From Acidobacteriota bacterium (GTDB lineage: Bacteria > Actinomycetota > Acidimicrobiia > Spongiisociales > ZC4RG35), in contig JACZUI010000001.1 in assembly GCA_022573225.1 (NCBI GenBank), positions 48,883 to 112,882 on the forward strand: a DNA stretch of 64,000 nucleotides, read 5' to 3'. The stretch's first letter is position 1. Every line of letters starts with the position of its first letter. The notes under the pieces were generated by a model, which made no database searches, was not told the DNA's origin, and was given only the letters and a program-made list of their open reading frames with translations. Position numbers and translations under genes: made by a program. This document shows, in pieces, positions 9,781-19,096 of the stretch.

Positions 9781-10971
9781 TCATCTATCCACGTCCCCGA
9801 GCACGAAGTCGAGACTTCCCATGACGGCGATGATGTCCGGAATCAGGATCCCCTCGAGGATCCAAGGAAGGATCGAAATGTTGGAGAAGCTGGCCGTGCG
9901 AATCTTGAGACGGTAGGGGCCCGAGCCACCGTCGGAGACCAGGTAATAACCCATCTCACCCTTGGGATTCTCGGCCCTGACATAGGTTTGACCTTCGGGA
10001 ACCTTGATCACCTTGGGGACCTTGGCCTGGAGGGGTCCGGACGGGATCCCGTCGACGGCCTGCTGAATGATCGAAGCCGACTGGCGGATCTCGGTCAACC
10101 TCACCCACCACCGGTCCCAGCAGTCGCCGTTCTCCCCGACCGGAACCTCCCAGTCGAATTGGTCATATGGCAGATAGCTCTCCACCTTGCGAATGTCGAA
10201 CTTCACACCCGAAGCACGGATATTTGGCCCGGAGACGCCGTAGGCGGCGGCCACCTCTGGAGGGAGCAGCCCAATGCCCTTGGTCCGAGCCAAGAAGATC
10301 TCGTTGCCGGCAACCAGCGTCTCGAGCTCCTCGCAAACGTCCAGCACCTTGCCCATCGCATCCTTTGTTTGGGTGAAGAACCCGGCGGGCAGGTCCTGGA
10401 TCTGCTTGCGGGTCGTCGAGCCTGACCCGACGGCGGGCTTCACGCCACCGATCCGGTTGAAGTTCGGGTGAAAGCGGCCCCCCGTGACACTCTCGAGAAG
10501 GTCGAGGACACGCTCCCTCTCACGTAGGGCAAAGAAGAGCGGAGTGGCGGCCCCCAACTCGAGAGGGTAGGAGGCCATGAAGATGAGGTGCGACGAGATC
10601 CGGGCCATCTCGGTGAGGATGAGACGGATGTATTGGGCGCGCTCCGGGACTTCTATCTCCATGAGTTTCTCCGCAGCCACTATGAACGGGATCTCGTTGG
10701 CATAGCCGGAGACCCAGTCGATGCGGTTGATGAGCGCGGTGATCTGGGGGTAGGTGCGCACCTCGGAGAGCTTCTCGTACCCGCGGTGCATATACCCGAT
10801 GACCGGCTTGACGTCGAAGGCCCGCTCCCCGGCGATCTTGGCGATCAGCCGGAGGACTCCGTGGGTGGAGGGGTGTTGCGGCCCGATGTTCAAGGTCATG
10901 TCGGGTGTCTCCAACTCAACGGAGACCGCCACTTCGGAGAGGTGGTGGGCGAAATCCTGATCCATTACCAC
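9781..10971 (-). CDS. nuoD: NADH-quinone oxidoreductase subunit D (operon 1)
   Basis: 396 aa with NIGPQHPSTHGVLRL. The C-terminus is DFVLGDVDR with no NiFe cysteine motifs, so this is Nuo rather than a hydrogenase large subunit. Confidence 0.9.
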   Translation of the reverse strand: MVMDQDFAHHLSEVAVSVELETPDMTLNIGPQHPSTHGVLRLIAKIAGERAFDVKPVIGYMHRGYEKLSEVRTYPQITALINRIDWVSGYANEIPFIVAAEKLMEIEVPERAQYIRLILTEMARISSHLIFMASYPLELGAATPLFFALRERERVLDLLESVTGGRFHPNFNRIGGVKPAVGSGSTTRKQIQDLPAGFFTQTKDAMGKVLDVCEELETLVAGNEIFLARTKGIGLLPPEVAAAYGVSGPNIRASGVKFDIRKVESYLPYDQFDWEVPVGENGDCWDRWWVRLTEIRQSASIIQQAVDGIPSGPLQAKVPKVIKVPEGQTYVRAENPKGEMGYYLVSDGGSGPYRLKIRTASFSNISILPWILEGILIPDIIAVMGSLDFVLGDVDR

Positions 10972-10972
10972 G

Positions 10973-11560
10973 TCATGCTTCTGGATTCTCGACCGAGGGG
11001 CCTTCCGGCATGGCCTCGACGTCCACGGTGCCGGGCCACGGCTTGACCTCGCGACTCAGCAACGGAAAGCTCTTCCGGAGCGGGTTCCCGATGAACTCAT
11101 CGGGGAGATACATCTTCGACAGATCCGGGTGTCCGGCGAATTGGATGCCGAACATCTCGGCTGTCTCACGCTCGTGCCAGTTGGCGCCGACGTATACCTC
11201 GACGAGCGAATCGATCTCAGCTTTCTCCTTGGAGATGTCGGTGGAGAATGTCACCCGATTTCCCTCGGTCAGGTCGCCCACTGTCGCCAGCACCTCGAAG
11301 CGTTCCTCCACCTCTTCGCTGAGCGGGTCGCCGGCCGCGACCTCGTTCGACCAGTCGATTGCCGACAGCCAGGAGAAGAACACCAGGTCGAGCCGGTCAC
11401 GCGCAGTTTGAAATGCGGACACCCAATTGGACGGATCCACCACCACCTTGACCGTGTCGAAGTGGATCTCGGCGGTTCCACCGACGGCCTCGGCAACCGA
11501 GTCGGCGTACTCCTGAAGGGGATGGGCGGCGGTATCGGTGTCAGACGGGCTCGTGGTCAC
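10973..11560 (-). CDS. nuoC: NADH-quinone oxidoreductase subunit C (operon 1)
   Basis: 195 aa, 30-kDa subunit family, with [20 protein letters not shown]. Confidence 0.85.
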   Translation of the reverse strand: MTTSPSDTDTAAHPLQEYADSVAEAVGGTAEIHFDTVKVVVDPSNWVSAFQTARDRLDLVFFSWLSAIDWSNEVAAGDPLSEEVEERFEVLATVGDLTEGNRVTFSTDISKEKAEIDSLVEVYVGANWHERETAEMFGIQFAGHPDLSKMYLPDEFIGNPLRKSFPLLSREVKPWPGTVDVEAMPEGPSVENPEA

Positions 11561-12038
11561 GCCGATTCCACTTCTCTTTGATGTTTTCGCCCTGGATCTT
11601 CTTCTGAAGAAGGACGATTCCGTCCATCAGCGCCTCAGGACGGGGTGGGCAGCCCGGTACGTAGACGTCAACGGGAATCACCTGGTCGACCCCCTTCGTC
11701 ACCGAGTAGGAATCCCAGTAGGGGCCGCCGCAGTTGGCGCATGAGCCCATCGAGATCACATACTTGGGTTCGGGCATCTGGTCGTACAGTCGCTTCACTG
11801 AAGGGGCCATCTTGTCGGTGACAGTGCCGGCGACAATCATGAGATCGGCCTGACGGGGCGAGGCGGGCAGGGGGATGATCCCGAATCGCATGAAGTCATA
11901 CCGTGGCCCGGATGCGGCCATCATCTCGATGGCGCAGCAGGCCAGGCCAAACTGGAACATCCAGAGCGAATACTTCCGGGACCAGTTGAGAAGCCAGCTG
12001 ACTGGCTTTGGGGCCCCGAACTTCTGGACTACTCCCAC
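11541..12038 (-). CDS. nuoB: NADH-quinone oxidoreductase subunit B (operon 1)
   Basis: Motifs [23 protein letters not shown] and [10 protein letters not shown]. The start was moved to the GTG at 12038, just inside the nuoA 3' end. The 202-aa track ORF (to 12149) would overlap nuoA extensively. Confidence 0.85.
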   Translation of the reverse strand: MGVVQKFGAPKPVSWLLNWSRKYSLWMFQFGLACCAIEMMAASGPRYDFMRFGIIPLPASPRQADLMIVAGTVTDKMAPSVKRLYDQMPEPKYVISMGSCANCGGPYWDSYSVTKGVDQVIPVDVYVPGCPPRPEALMDGIVLLQKKIQGENIKEKWNRRDHEPV

Positions 12039-12394
12039 TCGAGCACTCCCTTGCGGATTGCGTAGACCAGGCCAAGAACCAGGATAAAGATGAAGATCAT
12101 CATCTCCACCAGCCCGAAGACGCCGAGCCGCTCGAGGATGATCGCCCACGGGAAGATGAAAACGGCCTCCACCTCAAAGATGACAAAGAGAAGCCCGAAC
12201 ACGTAGTAGCGCACGTAGGTCTGGCTCCAGCCCGATCCGACCGGATCGACACCACACTCATAGGTCATCTTCTTGGCCGATGTGGGATTGGTAGGACGCA
12301 AGACGGCTGCGATGCCAAGCATGCCCAGCACCAAAACGGCGCCCAGGCCGGCGAAGGCACCGACTGTCAGATAGCTTTCAAAGTATGGGCTCAT
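12029..12394 (-). CDS. nuoA: NADH-quinone oxidoreductase subunit A (operon 1)
   Basis: 121 aa, 3 TM, with YECGVDP and the [15 protein letters not shown] motif. Confidence 0.9.
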   Translation of the reverse strand: MSPYFESYLTVGAFAGLGAVLVLGMLGIAAVLRPTNPTSAKKMTYECGVDPVGSGWSQTYVRYYVFGLLFVIFEVEAVFIFPWAIILERLGVFGLVEMMIFIFILVLGLVYAIRKGVLEWE

Positions 12395-12513
12395 GCCTCT
12401 AGGTATCGAAGGGAACGATCGCGGGCGAGTATATGCAGGCCGGTTTGCTGGTCGAATTCAGGTTTCATCAACTGCCATAGGCCCAAACACCAGCACGATC
12501 TAGCCTGCGCCCC

Positions 12514-13587
12514 ATGTCGCTCCGGCCGTCCAACAATCTGAACGACCTGATGGGCGAGTTGGAGCACCGAATGACAGGAGAGGCTTCGCTCTCCGGACTG
12601 CACCCGGATCTTGCAGCGTCGATTCCGGATGCGGACACCTATGTCGTTGTTCTGTTCGATGGGTTGGGCATCGCCCAGTTGGATCACCCCGATGCCACAG
12701 TCTTCCGGGAGTCGAGTCGCGGTGTTCTCCACTCTCCCTTCCCGACGACGACCAGCGTCGCCCTCTCCACCGTGGCCACGGGTCTGGCGCCGGGTGAGCA
12801 TGGCCTCGTCGCACATCTGATGTGGCTGCCCGATCTCGACAAGGTTGTGAACACTCTGAAATGGGTCGACCTGTCAGGGAGGTCGGTTTCCCACGCATAC
12901 GGCTCCGTCCTCCCCAGGCCGAACCTCTGGGAGCGGCTTCGCGACCACGGCATCGAACCGATCACAGTTCAGCCCGCCGCATTCCAGGGGAGCCCCCTGA
13001 CGCGGATGCTATATCGCGGCGCGCGGTTCGAGCCGGCATGGGACGATCGCGACCTGGTCGAGGCGACGGTTCAATTGTCCGGTGAGGGGAAACGATTCAT
13101 CTTCACCTACGTCTGGCAGATCGACTTCGCCGGCCACGTTCACGGCCTCGATTCATCCGAGTTCGCCGAAGCCATGCGGTACGCCGCCGGGGTCTGGCAG
13201 GAGCTGGCCTCCCGTATCCCGCCTGGGGTCGCCCTCATCGGGATCGCCGACCACGGGTTGATCGAATACGGCGACTCGGACAAGTTGCTGGTGCGGGAGC
13301 CTCGGTTCGACTCCCTCCGGTTTGGCGGGGACACCCGCGGTGTCCATCTCTGGGGTTCCCGGGATCTGATCGAGGACTTCGCCTCGCTGACCGGAGGCGA
13401 CCTGATCGATCCGGCCACCCTGTACCAGGGCACGTTGGCCGTCCCGGCTCGCTCGAGAGTCGGAGACGCCCTCGTGATGGCCCCGAAAGGCAAAGTCATC
13501 CTTCCGCCGGGCTTCGACAAGCGTCTCCGCGCCTACCACGGAGGCCTTGATCCCCGAGAGGTGGAGATCCCACTTCTGATCGGGTAG
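12514..13587 (+). CDS. Alkaline-phosphatase-superfamily protein (nucleotide pyrophosphatase/phosphodiesterase-like)
   Basis: VVVLFDGLG, PFPTTTSVALSTVATGLAPGEHG (Thr nucleophile region), DFAGHVHG and IADHG metal-ligand motifs. Confidence 0.7.
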   Translation: MSLRPSNNLNDLMGELEHRMTGEASLSGLHPDLAASIPDADTYVVVLFDGLGIAQLDHPDATVFRESSRGVLHSPFPTTTSVALSTVATGLAPGEHGLVAHLMWLPDLDKVVNTLKWVDLSGRSVSHAYGSVLPRPNLWERLRDHGIEPITVQPAAFQGSPLTRMLYRGARFEPAWDDRDLVEATVQLSGEGKRFIFTYVWQIDFAGHVHGLDSSEFAEAMRYAAGVWQELASRIPPGVALIGIADHGLIEYGDSDKLLVREPRFDSLRFGGDTRGVHLWGSRDLIEDFASLTGGDLIDPATLYQGTLAVPARSRVGDALVMAPKGKVILPPGFDKRLRAYHGGLDPREVEIPLLIG

Positions 13588-13595
13588 GCCTTTGG

Positions 13596-14640
13596 TTGCT
13601 CGTGCCTAACGTCCCGTTAAACGGGACCATCTGCACCACGGTGCTCTCCAACTTCGAGAATGTTGACCAAGCAACGCTCGGGGGTCTTGGTCAACATCGC
13701 GTAGGAGAAACGCAACACTTGTATGCCCTGAGCCGCAAAGCCGTTATCCCGGCGCCGATCGGCTTCGAAATCCGCCTGGCGGGCGTGCCATCGTCGGCTG
13801 TCGGCTTCGACCACCAGCAGCCAGTCGGGAATGAATGCGTCCACACGTCCGGGCGCCCCATTGATCGAGAACGGGTGTTCCTGTGACCATGGCGGGATCC
13901 GATCGTCGGTGAGCACGCGTTGGAGACAACGTTCCAGATAGGTAGCCCCGACCTCGAAAACGTCCGGAAGCCGCTGTTCGACCAATGTGCGCAATCGCCC
14001 CGCTCCTGCGAGCCGAGCCCCCACAATACGATCGAAGATCGGATCGAATTCATCGATCGTCACCTTGCCGGTCAGCAGGCAATCATCGAGCAACGAGGCC
14101 AGGCTGGGTTCTTTCCGGGAGGCCGCAAGCGTCAGCAGGGTCTCCGCAGCCGTGGTGGTGACGAATCCATTCTTCCTCTCGGTGGTCACCGTCAAGAAGA
14201 ACGTCGACCGGATCACTCTGGCGATGGGCGATCTGCCATTCCCGCTCCACGGCACCATGATCACCGGGCGCTGCGTGCTGAAGCCCTGGAATCGGTGTAG
14301 ATAGGCCGCCGAATCCCCGGCGACGACGGCGCGCGGCCTGCTCAGCACGGCCGCCGAAAGCTGACGTTCCCAGATCGGCGGGGACGAAGTGAGTGCGTAT
14401 GCGCCCGGGCACAGCTTCACCCAAGCCCCCGTGGCAATGCGTCGACTCACCGCCCTGCGATCAAGGCCCGCCTCCCTGACCTGGGCGACACTGAACGCCC
14501 CGTACTGACGCGAGGCGAATACATCGATCAGCCGATCATCCCCCACACGCCGACTATTGCCAGCAAACCGGTCCGACTTCAAGCCACTCGTCCACTGTCG
14601 TGCAAGACGTCCCGGATTCCGGGACGCTAAGCACGAGCAA
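13596..14640. mobile_element. Candidate ~1 kb cassette: DUF559 gene bracketed by 32-nt imperfect terminal inverted repeats
   Basis: Left end 13596-13627 is TTGCTCGTGCCTAACGTCCCGTTAAACGGGAC. The reverse complement of the right end 14609-14640 is TTGCTCGTGCTTAGCGTCCCGGAATCCGGGAC. The outer 10 nt are identical, and each end holds its own GTCCCG/CGGGAC hairpin. Confidence 0.35.
13617..14582 (-). CDS. AbiEi-like N-terminal domain / DUF559 (Vsr-like endonuclease fold) protein
   Basis: N-terminus FSVAQVREAGLDRRAVSRRIATGAWVKLCPGAYAL. C-terminus RVDAFIPDWLLVVEADSRRWHARQADFEADRRRDNGFAAQGIQVLRFSY, typical of actinobacterial DUF559 proteins. Confidence 0.7.
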   Translation of the reverse strand: MKSDRFAGNSRRVGDDRLIDVFASRQYGAFSVAQVREAGLDRRAVSRRIATGAWVKLCPGAYALTSSPPIWERQLSAAVLSRPRAVVAGDSAAYLHRFQGFSTQRPVIMVPWSGNGRSPIARVIRSTFFLTVTTERKNGFVTTTAAETLLTLAASRKEPSLASLLDDCLLTGKVTIDEFDPIFDRIVGARLAGAGRLRTLVEQRLPDVFEVGATYLERCLQRVLTDDRIPPWSQEHPFSINGAPGRVDAFIPDWLLVVEADSRRWHARQADFEADRRRDNGFAAQGIQVLRFSYAMLTKTPERCLVNILEVGEHRGADGPV

Positions 14641-14677
14641 CGCAGCTAGAGCGGGCACCGAGAGTCGGCAGAAAATG

Positions 14678-14735
14678 TTGCAGTGCGGTCTCGGTGGTAA
14701 TAGATTTTGAGATCGTTTGGTAACTAACGATCTCA
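14678..14735 (+). promoter_or_regulatory. Putative promoter (TTGCAG-17-TAGATT) followed by a 10-8-10 perfect palindrome operator upstream of the ABC transporter
   Basis: -35 TTGCAG at 14678-14683 and -10 TAGATT at 14701-14706. Palindrome arms TGAGATCGTT (14708-14717) and AACGATCTCA (14726-14735), abutting the AGGAG RBS at 14735-14739. Confidence 0.4.
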
Positions 14736-14743
14736 GGAGCTCT

Positions 14744-15736
14744 GTGTTGAAACGACTGTTTGCGCTGACTCTTCTCGGCGGCCTGATCCTCGCCTCTTGC
14801 TCCGCGAATGATGGGGCCGATGACCCCCTCGTGGTCTATTCGGGGCGGTCGGAGGAGTTGGTCCAGCCGCTGATCGATGACTTCACCGAGGACACCGGGA
14901 TCGATGTCGAAGTCCGGTACGCCGGGTCGACCGAGTTGGCCGCCACACTGATCGAGGAGGGCGAGCGAACAGAAGCAGACATCTTCTTCGCGCAGGACCC
15001 GGCATCGCTTGGCTCGGTCGCGGACATGTTGTCGGTGCTTCCCTCCGACGTCCTCGGCCTGGTGGATGAAAGATTCGCCGACGACGAAGGTCGTTGGGTC
15101 GGCACTTCGGGGCGTGTTCGCACCTTCGTCTACAACACCGGGACCGATCTACCGCTACCGAACACCATCGATGACGTCATCGACCCGATCTGGGCCGGCC
15201 AGGTCGGTGTTGCTCCCACCAATGGGTCATTCCTCGCGTTTGTCTCGGCGATGATCCTGGAAAGGGGGGAAGAGGCGACCCTCGCGTGGCTGGAGGGCCT
15301 TGCCGCCAACGACCCGGTGGACTACCCCAAGAACAGTCCGATAGTGGCCGCCGCCGACTCCGGTGAGATCGAAGGCGGGCTGGTCAACCACTACTACCTG
15401 TTGCGTCTCCGCGCCGAGGGCGAGGGGGACGACTCGGAGAACTGGTTCATACCGGCGGGAGATGTGGGAGCTCTCGTCATGCCGGCCGGAGTCGCCATCC
15501 TCTCTGGAACGAACCTCCCGGCCGAAGCCAGGGAATTCGTCGAGTTCCTGCTCACGCCCGAAGCACAGACATACTTCGCCAACGAGACCTTCGAGTTCCC
15601 CTTGATCGAGGGCGTCGACCCGGTTGAGGGACTCCCCCCGCTCTCGGAGATAAACGCACCGGACATAAACCTCTCGGCTCTGGCGGACGTGCTCGGAGTC
15701 GCCGCCCGACTGGTTGCCGAGGCGGGTCTCGTCTAG
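14744..15736 (+). CDS. ABC transporter substrate-binding lipoprotein, Fe(III)/FbpA-like
   Basis: Start moved to the GTG at 14744 after the AGGAG RBS. Lipobox LILASC. Periplasmic binding-protein pattern VVYSGRSEELVQPLIDDFTEDTGIDVEVRYAGS and FFAQDP. Confidence 0.7.
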   Translation: MLKRLFALTLLGGLILASCSANDGADDPLVVYSGRSEELVQPLIDDFTEDTGIDVEVRYAGSTELAATLIEEGERTEADIFFAQDPASLGSVADMLSVLPSDVLGLVDERFADDEGRWVGTSGRVRTFVYNTGTDLPLPNTIDDVIDPIWAGQVGVAPTNGSFLAFVSAMILERGEEATLAWLEGLAANDPVDYPKNSPIVAAADSGEIEGGLVNHYYLLRLRAEGEGDDSENWFIPAGDVGALVMPAGVAILSGTNLPAEAREFVEFLLTPEAQTYFANETFEFPLIEGVDPVEGLPPLSEINAPDINLSALADVLGVAARLVAEAGLV

Positions 15737-15749
15737 TGAGGAGCTGCTG

Positions 15750-17348
15750 ATGGTCACCGGGCCGTTGGTCGTCTCACCCGGGACGAAGACCACCACCCGG
15801 CGGCAGCGTCGCCCGGGTGGGCGGGGCTGGTGGGCCGCGGCCGGGATCGTCCTTCTGCCGGTGCTGATCCCCCCGATCAGCCTCGTCTGGCAGGTGGTCA
15901 CCAGAGGCACCGGCACACCCGTGCCCCTGGATCGTCTCTGGGAGCTATTCGTGGCGACAGTGGCCTTGACCGTCGCCGTCACCATCACGGCCCTCTCCCT
16001 GGGAACCGCAACGGCATGGCTGACAAGCCGCACCGACGTCCCGGGACGTCGGGTATGGATGATCCTCGCCGCCCTCCCTTTGGTGATGCCGAGCTATGTG
16101 GCCGCTCTCACCATCATCGGCGCCACAGGGCCGACAGGTCTCATCTCGAACTGGCTCGGGTTCGACATCCCGACCCCCTACGGGTTTGTCGGGGCGTGGC
16201 TGGCCTTGTCGGTGTTCCTCGCTCCAATGGCGCATCTCATCGTGACCCCTGGACTGCGTCTGATCGATCCCGCCACCGAAGACGCCGCCACCGGTTTGGG
16301 GGCGAGCCAACGGAGAGTCTTCTTCACGGTGACTCTCCCCCAGCTCCGGCCTGCTCTTGTCTCCGCCGGGCTCATGGTTGGTCTCTACACGATCTCAGAC
16401 TTCGGGGCGGTCTCCCTGCTCAGGTACGACACATTCACACGGGCCATCTTCACTCTCTACGAAGGCCAGATCGACCGTCAGCCGGCAGCGGCGTTGTCGC
16501 TGATTCTCATGGTCCTGGCGCTGGGAATCCTCTTGGTGGAACGCCGGACCAGGAGTCGAGCGAGCTATCACACCTCCCGGGTCAGGCGAATTCGAAAGAT
16601 GTTGTCGCTCAAGAAGGCGGGTCGAATTGGTGCCCTCGCCTTCCTGGGCACCCTCACCACACTCTCGATCGTCATCCCCGTCTCAGTTCTCATCTTCTGG
16701 CTGGCACGCGGACTCGGCGCAGGACAAGAGCTGGGAACTGTGTGGGAAGAGACAATTCGATCAGTGGGCGTCTCGATCGGTGCGGCGACACTTGCCGCCT
16801 TCGCCGCCTTCCCGATTGCGATGATCACAACGCGTCGCAAGGGCAAAATGTCCGACGCCGCGGACACGGCGGTTTGGGCAACATACGCCCTTCCCCATAT
16901 CACCGTCGGCGTCGCCGTTGTCGGGTTTGCCCTCGCCTGGGCCAGACCGCTCTACCAGGGCCTGGGGTTGCTCCTGGTCACCTATGTCGTGATGTTCCTC
17001 GCACAGACCATGAGCTCAACCCAAGACTCGCTGCGTCGAGCGAGCCCCGACCTGGAGGATGCTTCCAGGGGCCTCGGGAGGGGCCCCTTGACGACGTTGC
17101 GACGCGTGACGATCCCTCTTGCGACCCCCGGACTCCTGGCAGGTGCCGCACTGGTCTTTCTGTCGGTGATGAAGGAGCTGCCGGCAACGCTGTTGCTGCG
17201 ACCCAACGGGTTCGAGACCTTGGCGATCAGGATTTGGAGTACGACGGGTGAAGGGTTCTACACGCGGGCGTCCGTGGCGAGTTTGGCCTTGCTTGCCGTG
17301 TCGATCGTGCCACTCTTGGCGCTGATGTTCCGTGACCTCCGCGACTGA
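15750..17348 (+). CDS. ABC transporter permease, duplicated (two-domain) FbpB-like
   Basis: ATG at 15750 preceded by GAGGAG. About 530 aa with two permease halves, each carrying an EAA-like loop (ATGLGASQRRVFFTVTLP and ASRGLGRGPLTTLRRVTIP). Confidence 0.75.
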   Translation: MVTGPLVVSPGTKTTTRRQRRPGGRGWWAAAGIVLLPVLIPPISLVWQVVTRGTGTPVPLDRLWELFVATVALTVAVTITALSLGTATAWLTSRTDVPGRRVWMILAALPLVMPSYVAALTIIGATGPTGLISNWLGFDIPTPYGFVGAWLALSVFLAPMAHLIVTPGLRLIDPATEDAATGLGASQRRVFFTVTLPQLRPALVSAGLMVGLYTISDFGAVSLLRYDTFTRAIFTLYEGQIDRQPAAALSLILMVLALGILLVERRTRSRASYHTSRVRRIRKMLSLKKAGRIGALAFLGTLTTLSIVIPVSVLIFWLARGLGAGQELGTVWEETIRSVGVSIGAATLAAFAAFPIAMITTRRKGKMSDAADTAVWATYALPHITVGVAVVGFALAWARPLYQGLGLLLVTYVVMFLAQTMSSTQDSLRRASPDLEDASRGLGRGPLTTLRRVTIPLATPGLLAGAALVFLSVMKELPATLLLRPNGFETLAIRIWSTTGEGFYTRASVASLALLAVSIVPLLALMFRDLRD

Positions 17349-18357
17349 CCAATTAGCCATCCGAGCCCGCGACCTGTCCAAGTCGTACGACGAGGACATC
17401 GCACTCGACCATTTCAACCTCGACGTCTGGGAGGGTGGTCTCTTGACGCTGCTCGGGCCTTCGGGCTGCGGAAAGACCACCGCACTGCGCATCATCGCCG
17501 GATTCGAGGGCGCCGAGGGAACCGTCGACATCCGGGGCCGGAGGGTTCTCGGCAACGGGACCTTCGTCCCGCCCGAGAGGCGCAAGGTCGGAATGGTCTT
17601 CCAGGATTACGCCCTCTTTCCCCACATGACGGTGCGGGCAAATGTGGCCTATGGAGTGTCTCGAGGGAAAGGGAGTCGCAGGATCGACGCAGTACTCGAG
17701 CTTGTCGGGCTGCAAGGACTCGACGACAGGATGCCCAATGAGCTTTCCGGTGGCGAGCAGCAAAGAGTGGCTCTGGCCCGGGCGCTGGCGCCCAAGCCTG
17801 AAGTGATCCTCCTCGACGAGCCCTTCTCCAACCTGGATGCCGTACTCCGGGATCGGGTCAGACGTGAGCTGCGGGTGATCTTGACCGAAGCAAGGATCAC
17901 CGCCGTGTTCGTGACCCACGACCAGGAGGAAGCACTGGCGACGTCAGATATCGTCGCGGTGATGAAGGATGGGCGAGTTCTCCAGGCGGACACTCCCGCG
18001 GAGCTGTACAGCAACCCGGCCAACCCTTGGATCGCCGAGTTTCTCGGCGATGCCGATGTGATCCCGGCTACCGCCCATCGTGGATACGCCGACACGCCGT
18101 TGGGCCGATTCAAGACCGACCTCAAAGGACCGGTCCTCGTGGTGATCCGCCCCGAGAACGTCCAGATCTCACTTGGCGAGGCATCAAATGCCGTGGTAGC
18201 CAACGTCGAGTTCTTCGGCCACGACCAGCTTGTCACCCTCGCCGTCGGCGGCGGGACGAGGGTCAGATCGCGGATCGGACCACGCCCTGCCTACACCCCA
18301 GGGCAGAAGTGCCGGGCCCGCGCCATCGACGCCCGGGTCTACCCCCGAGGGACGTAG
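17332..18357 (+). CDS. ABC transporter ATP-binding protein (FbpC-like)
   Basis: Walker A GPSGCGKTT, signature LSGGEQQRVALARAL, Walker B ILLDEPFS. Confidence 0.9.
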   Translation: MTSATDQLAIRARDLSKSYDEDIALDHFNLDVWEGGLLTLLGPSGCGKTTALRIIAGFEGAEGTVDIRGRRVLGNGTFVPPERRKVGMVFQDYALFPHMTVRANVAYGVSRGKGSRRIDAVLELVGLQGLDDRMPNELSGGEQQRVALARALAPKPEVILLDEPFSNLDAVLRDRVRRELRVILTEARITAVFVTHDQEEALATSDIVAVMKDGRVLQADTPAELYSNPANPWIAEFLGDADVIPATAHRGYADTPLGRFKTDLKGPVLVVIRPENVQISLGEASNAVVANVEFFGHDQLVTLAVGGGTRVRSRIGPRPAYTPGQKCRARAIDARVYPRGT

Positions 18358-18368
18358 CCTCTCGGATC

Positions 18369-19079
18369 ATGGATTCGGCGCTCGCCCTGATCGCTGCTCT
18401 CGCCGCCACAGCCTTCTCTGCTGACCTCTGGGTGAGTTACCGAAGCCGCCCCCGGCCCCACGTCACCGCCTATGGAATCGGCATGACCATGTTCGCCATC
18501 GCCACCTGGGCGTTCTATGTCGGCCTCACCTTCGGCTGGACCGGGTCGGTTTATCGGGCCTTCTACCTGTTCGGTGCCGTCCTCAATATTCCGTACCTCG
18601 CCCTGGGATCGATGTTCCTCGTCGTCGGCAGACGCTCCGGAAACGTCATGGCCATTGCTCTCGGCGCATTCACTGCAATCGCGACCACCCTCACGACCAC
18701 AGTCCCGTTCGCAAACCCCCTGCCGGCCTCCGGCGTGCCCGATAAAATCTTCGCCCCGGGTTTCGGGCCCCAGCTCTTTGCGATCATCGGCGGGGCGATG
18801 GGAGCCACCATCCTCGTCGTTCTGGCGGTGGTGAGCATCGTTCGTTTCTGGAGAAAGAGCCGACATCTGGTGTGGGGCAACTTTCTCATCGTGGCCGGCA
18901 CCTTCGCCGCCGCGTCCGGCGGGACTGGCCTTGCACTTGGAGAGGGAAGCGCCTTCGCACTGTCCCTTCTCGTGGCGGTCACCCTCATCTGGGCCGGATA
19001 TCGGGTGGCTTCGGGCGGCCGTCATCGCGGGCCACGCGAGGTGGTGGAAGCCGGCAGGGCCCACCAGCCGGAGAGCTAG
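18369..19079 (+). CDS. Hypothetical polytopic membrane protein
   Basis: ATG at 18369 (internal to track ORF 18027-19079), 11 nt after the ATPase stop. About 236 aa with 6-7 hydrophobic helices. No recognisable motif. Confidence 0.55.
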   Translation: MDSALALIAALAATAFSADLWVSYRSRPRPHVTAYGIGMTMFAIATWAFYVGLTFGWTGSVYRAFYLFGAVLNIPYLALGSMFLVVGRRSGNVMAIALGAFTAIATTLTTTVPFANPLPASGVPDKIFAPGFGPQLFAIIGGAMGATILVVLAVVSIVRFWRKSRHLVWGNFLIVAGTFAAASGGTGLALGEGSAFALSLLVAVTLIWAGYRVASGGRHRGPREVVEAGRAHQPES

Positions 19080-19096
19080 AGGGGCACCTTCGAATG

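Noticed and set aside
12395-12513. Rex operator upstream of the 11-gene nuo operon (TGATGAAACCTGAATTCGA)
   Set aside because: Half-site matches and spacing are poor, so it is not distinguishable from chance.
14708-14735. Palindrome upstream of the Fe(III)-type ABC operon, considered as an IdeR/DtxR, Fur or Zur box
   Set aside because: The sequence TGAGATCGTT/AACGATCTCA does not match TTAGGTTAGGCTAACCTAA, GATAATGATAATCATTATC, or the Zur TGAAAATCATTTTCA-type consensus. It is reported only as an unassigned operator.
15830-17251. 473-aa ORF in an alternative frame of the ABC permease gene
   Set aside because: The translation is Arg/Pro/Gly-rich, whereas the 15750-17348 frame gives a bona fide two-domain permease.
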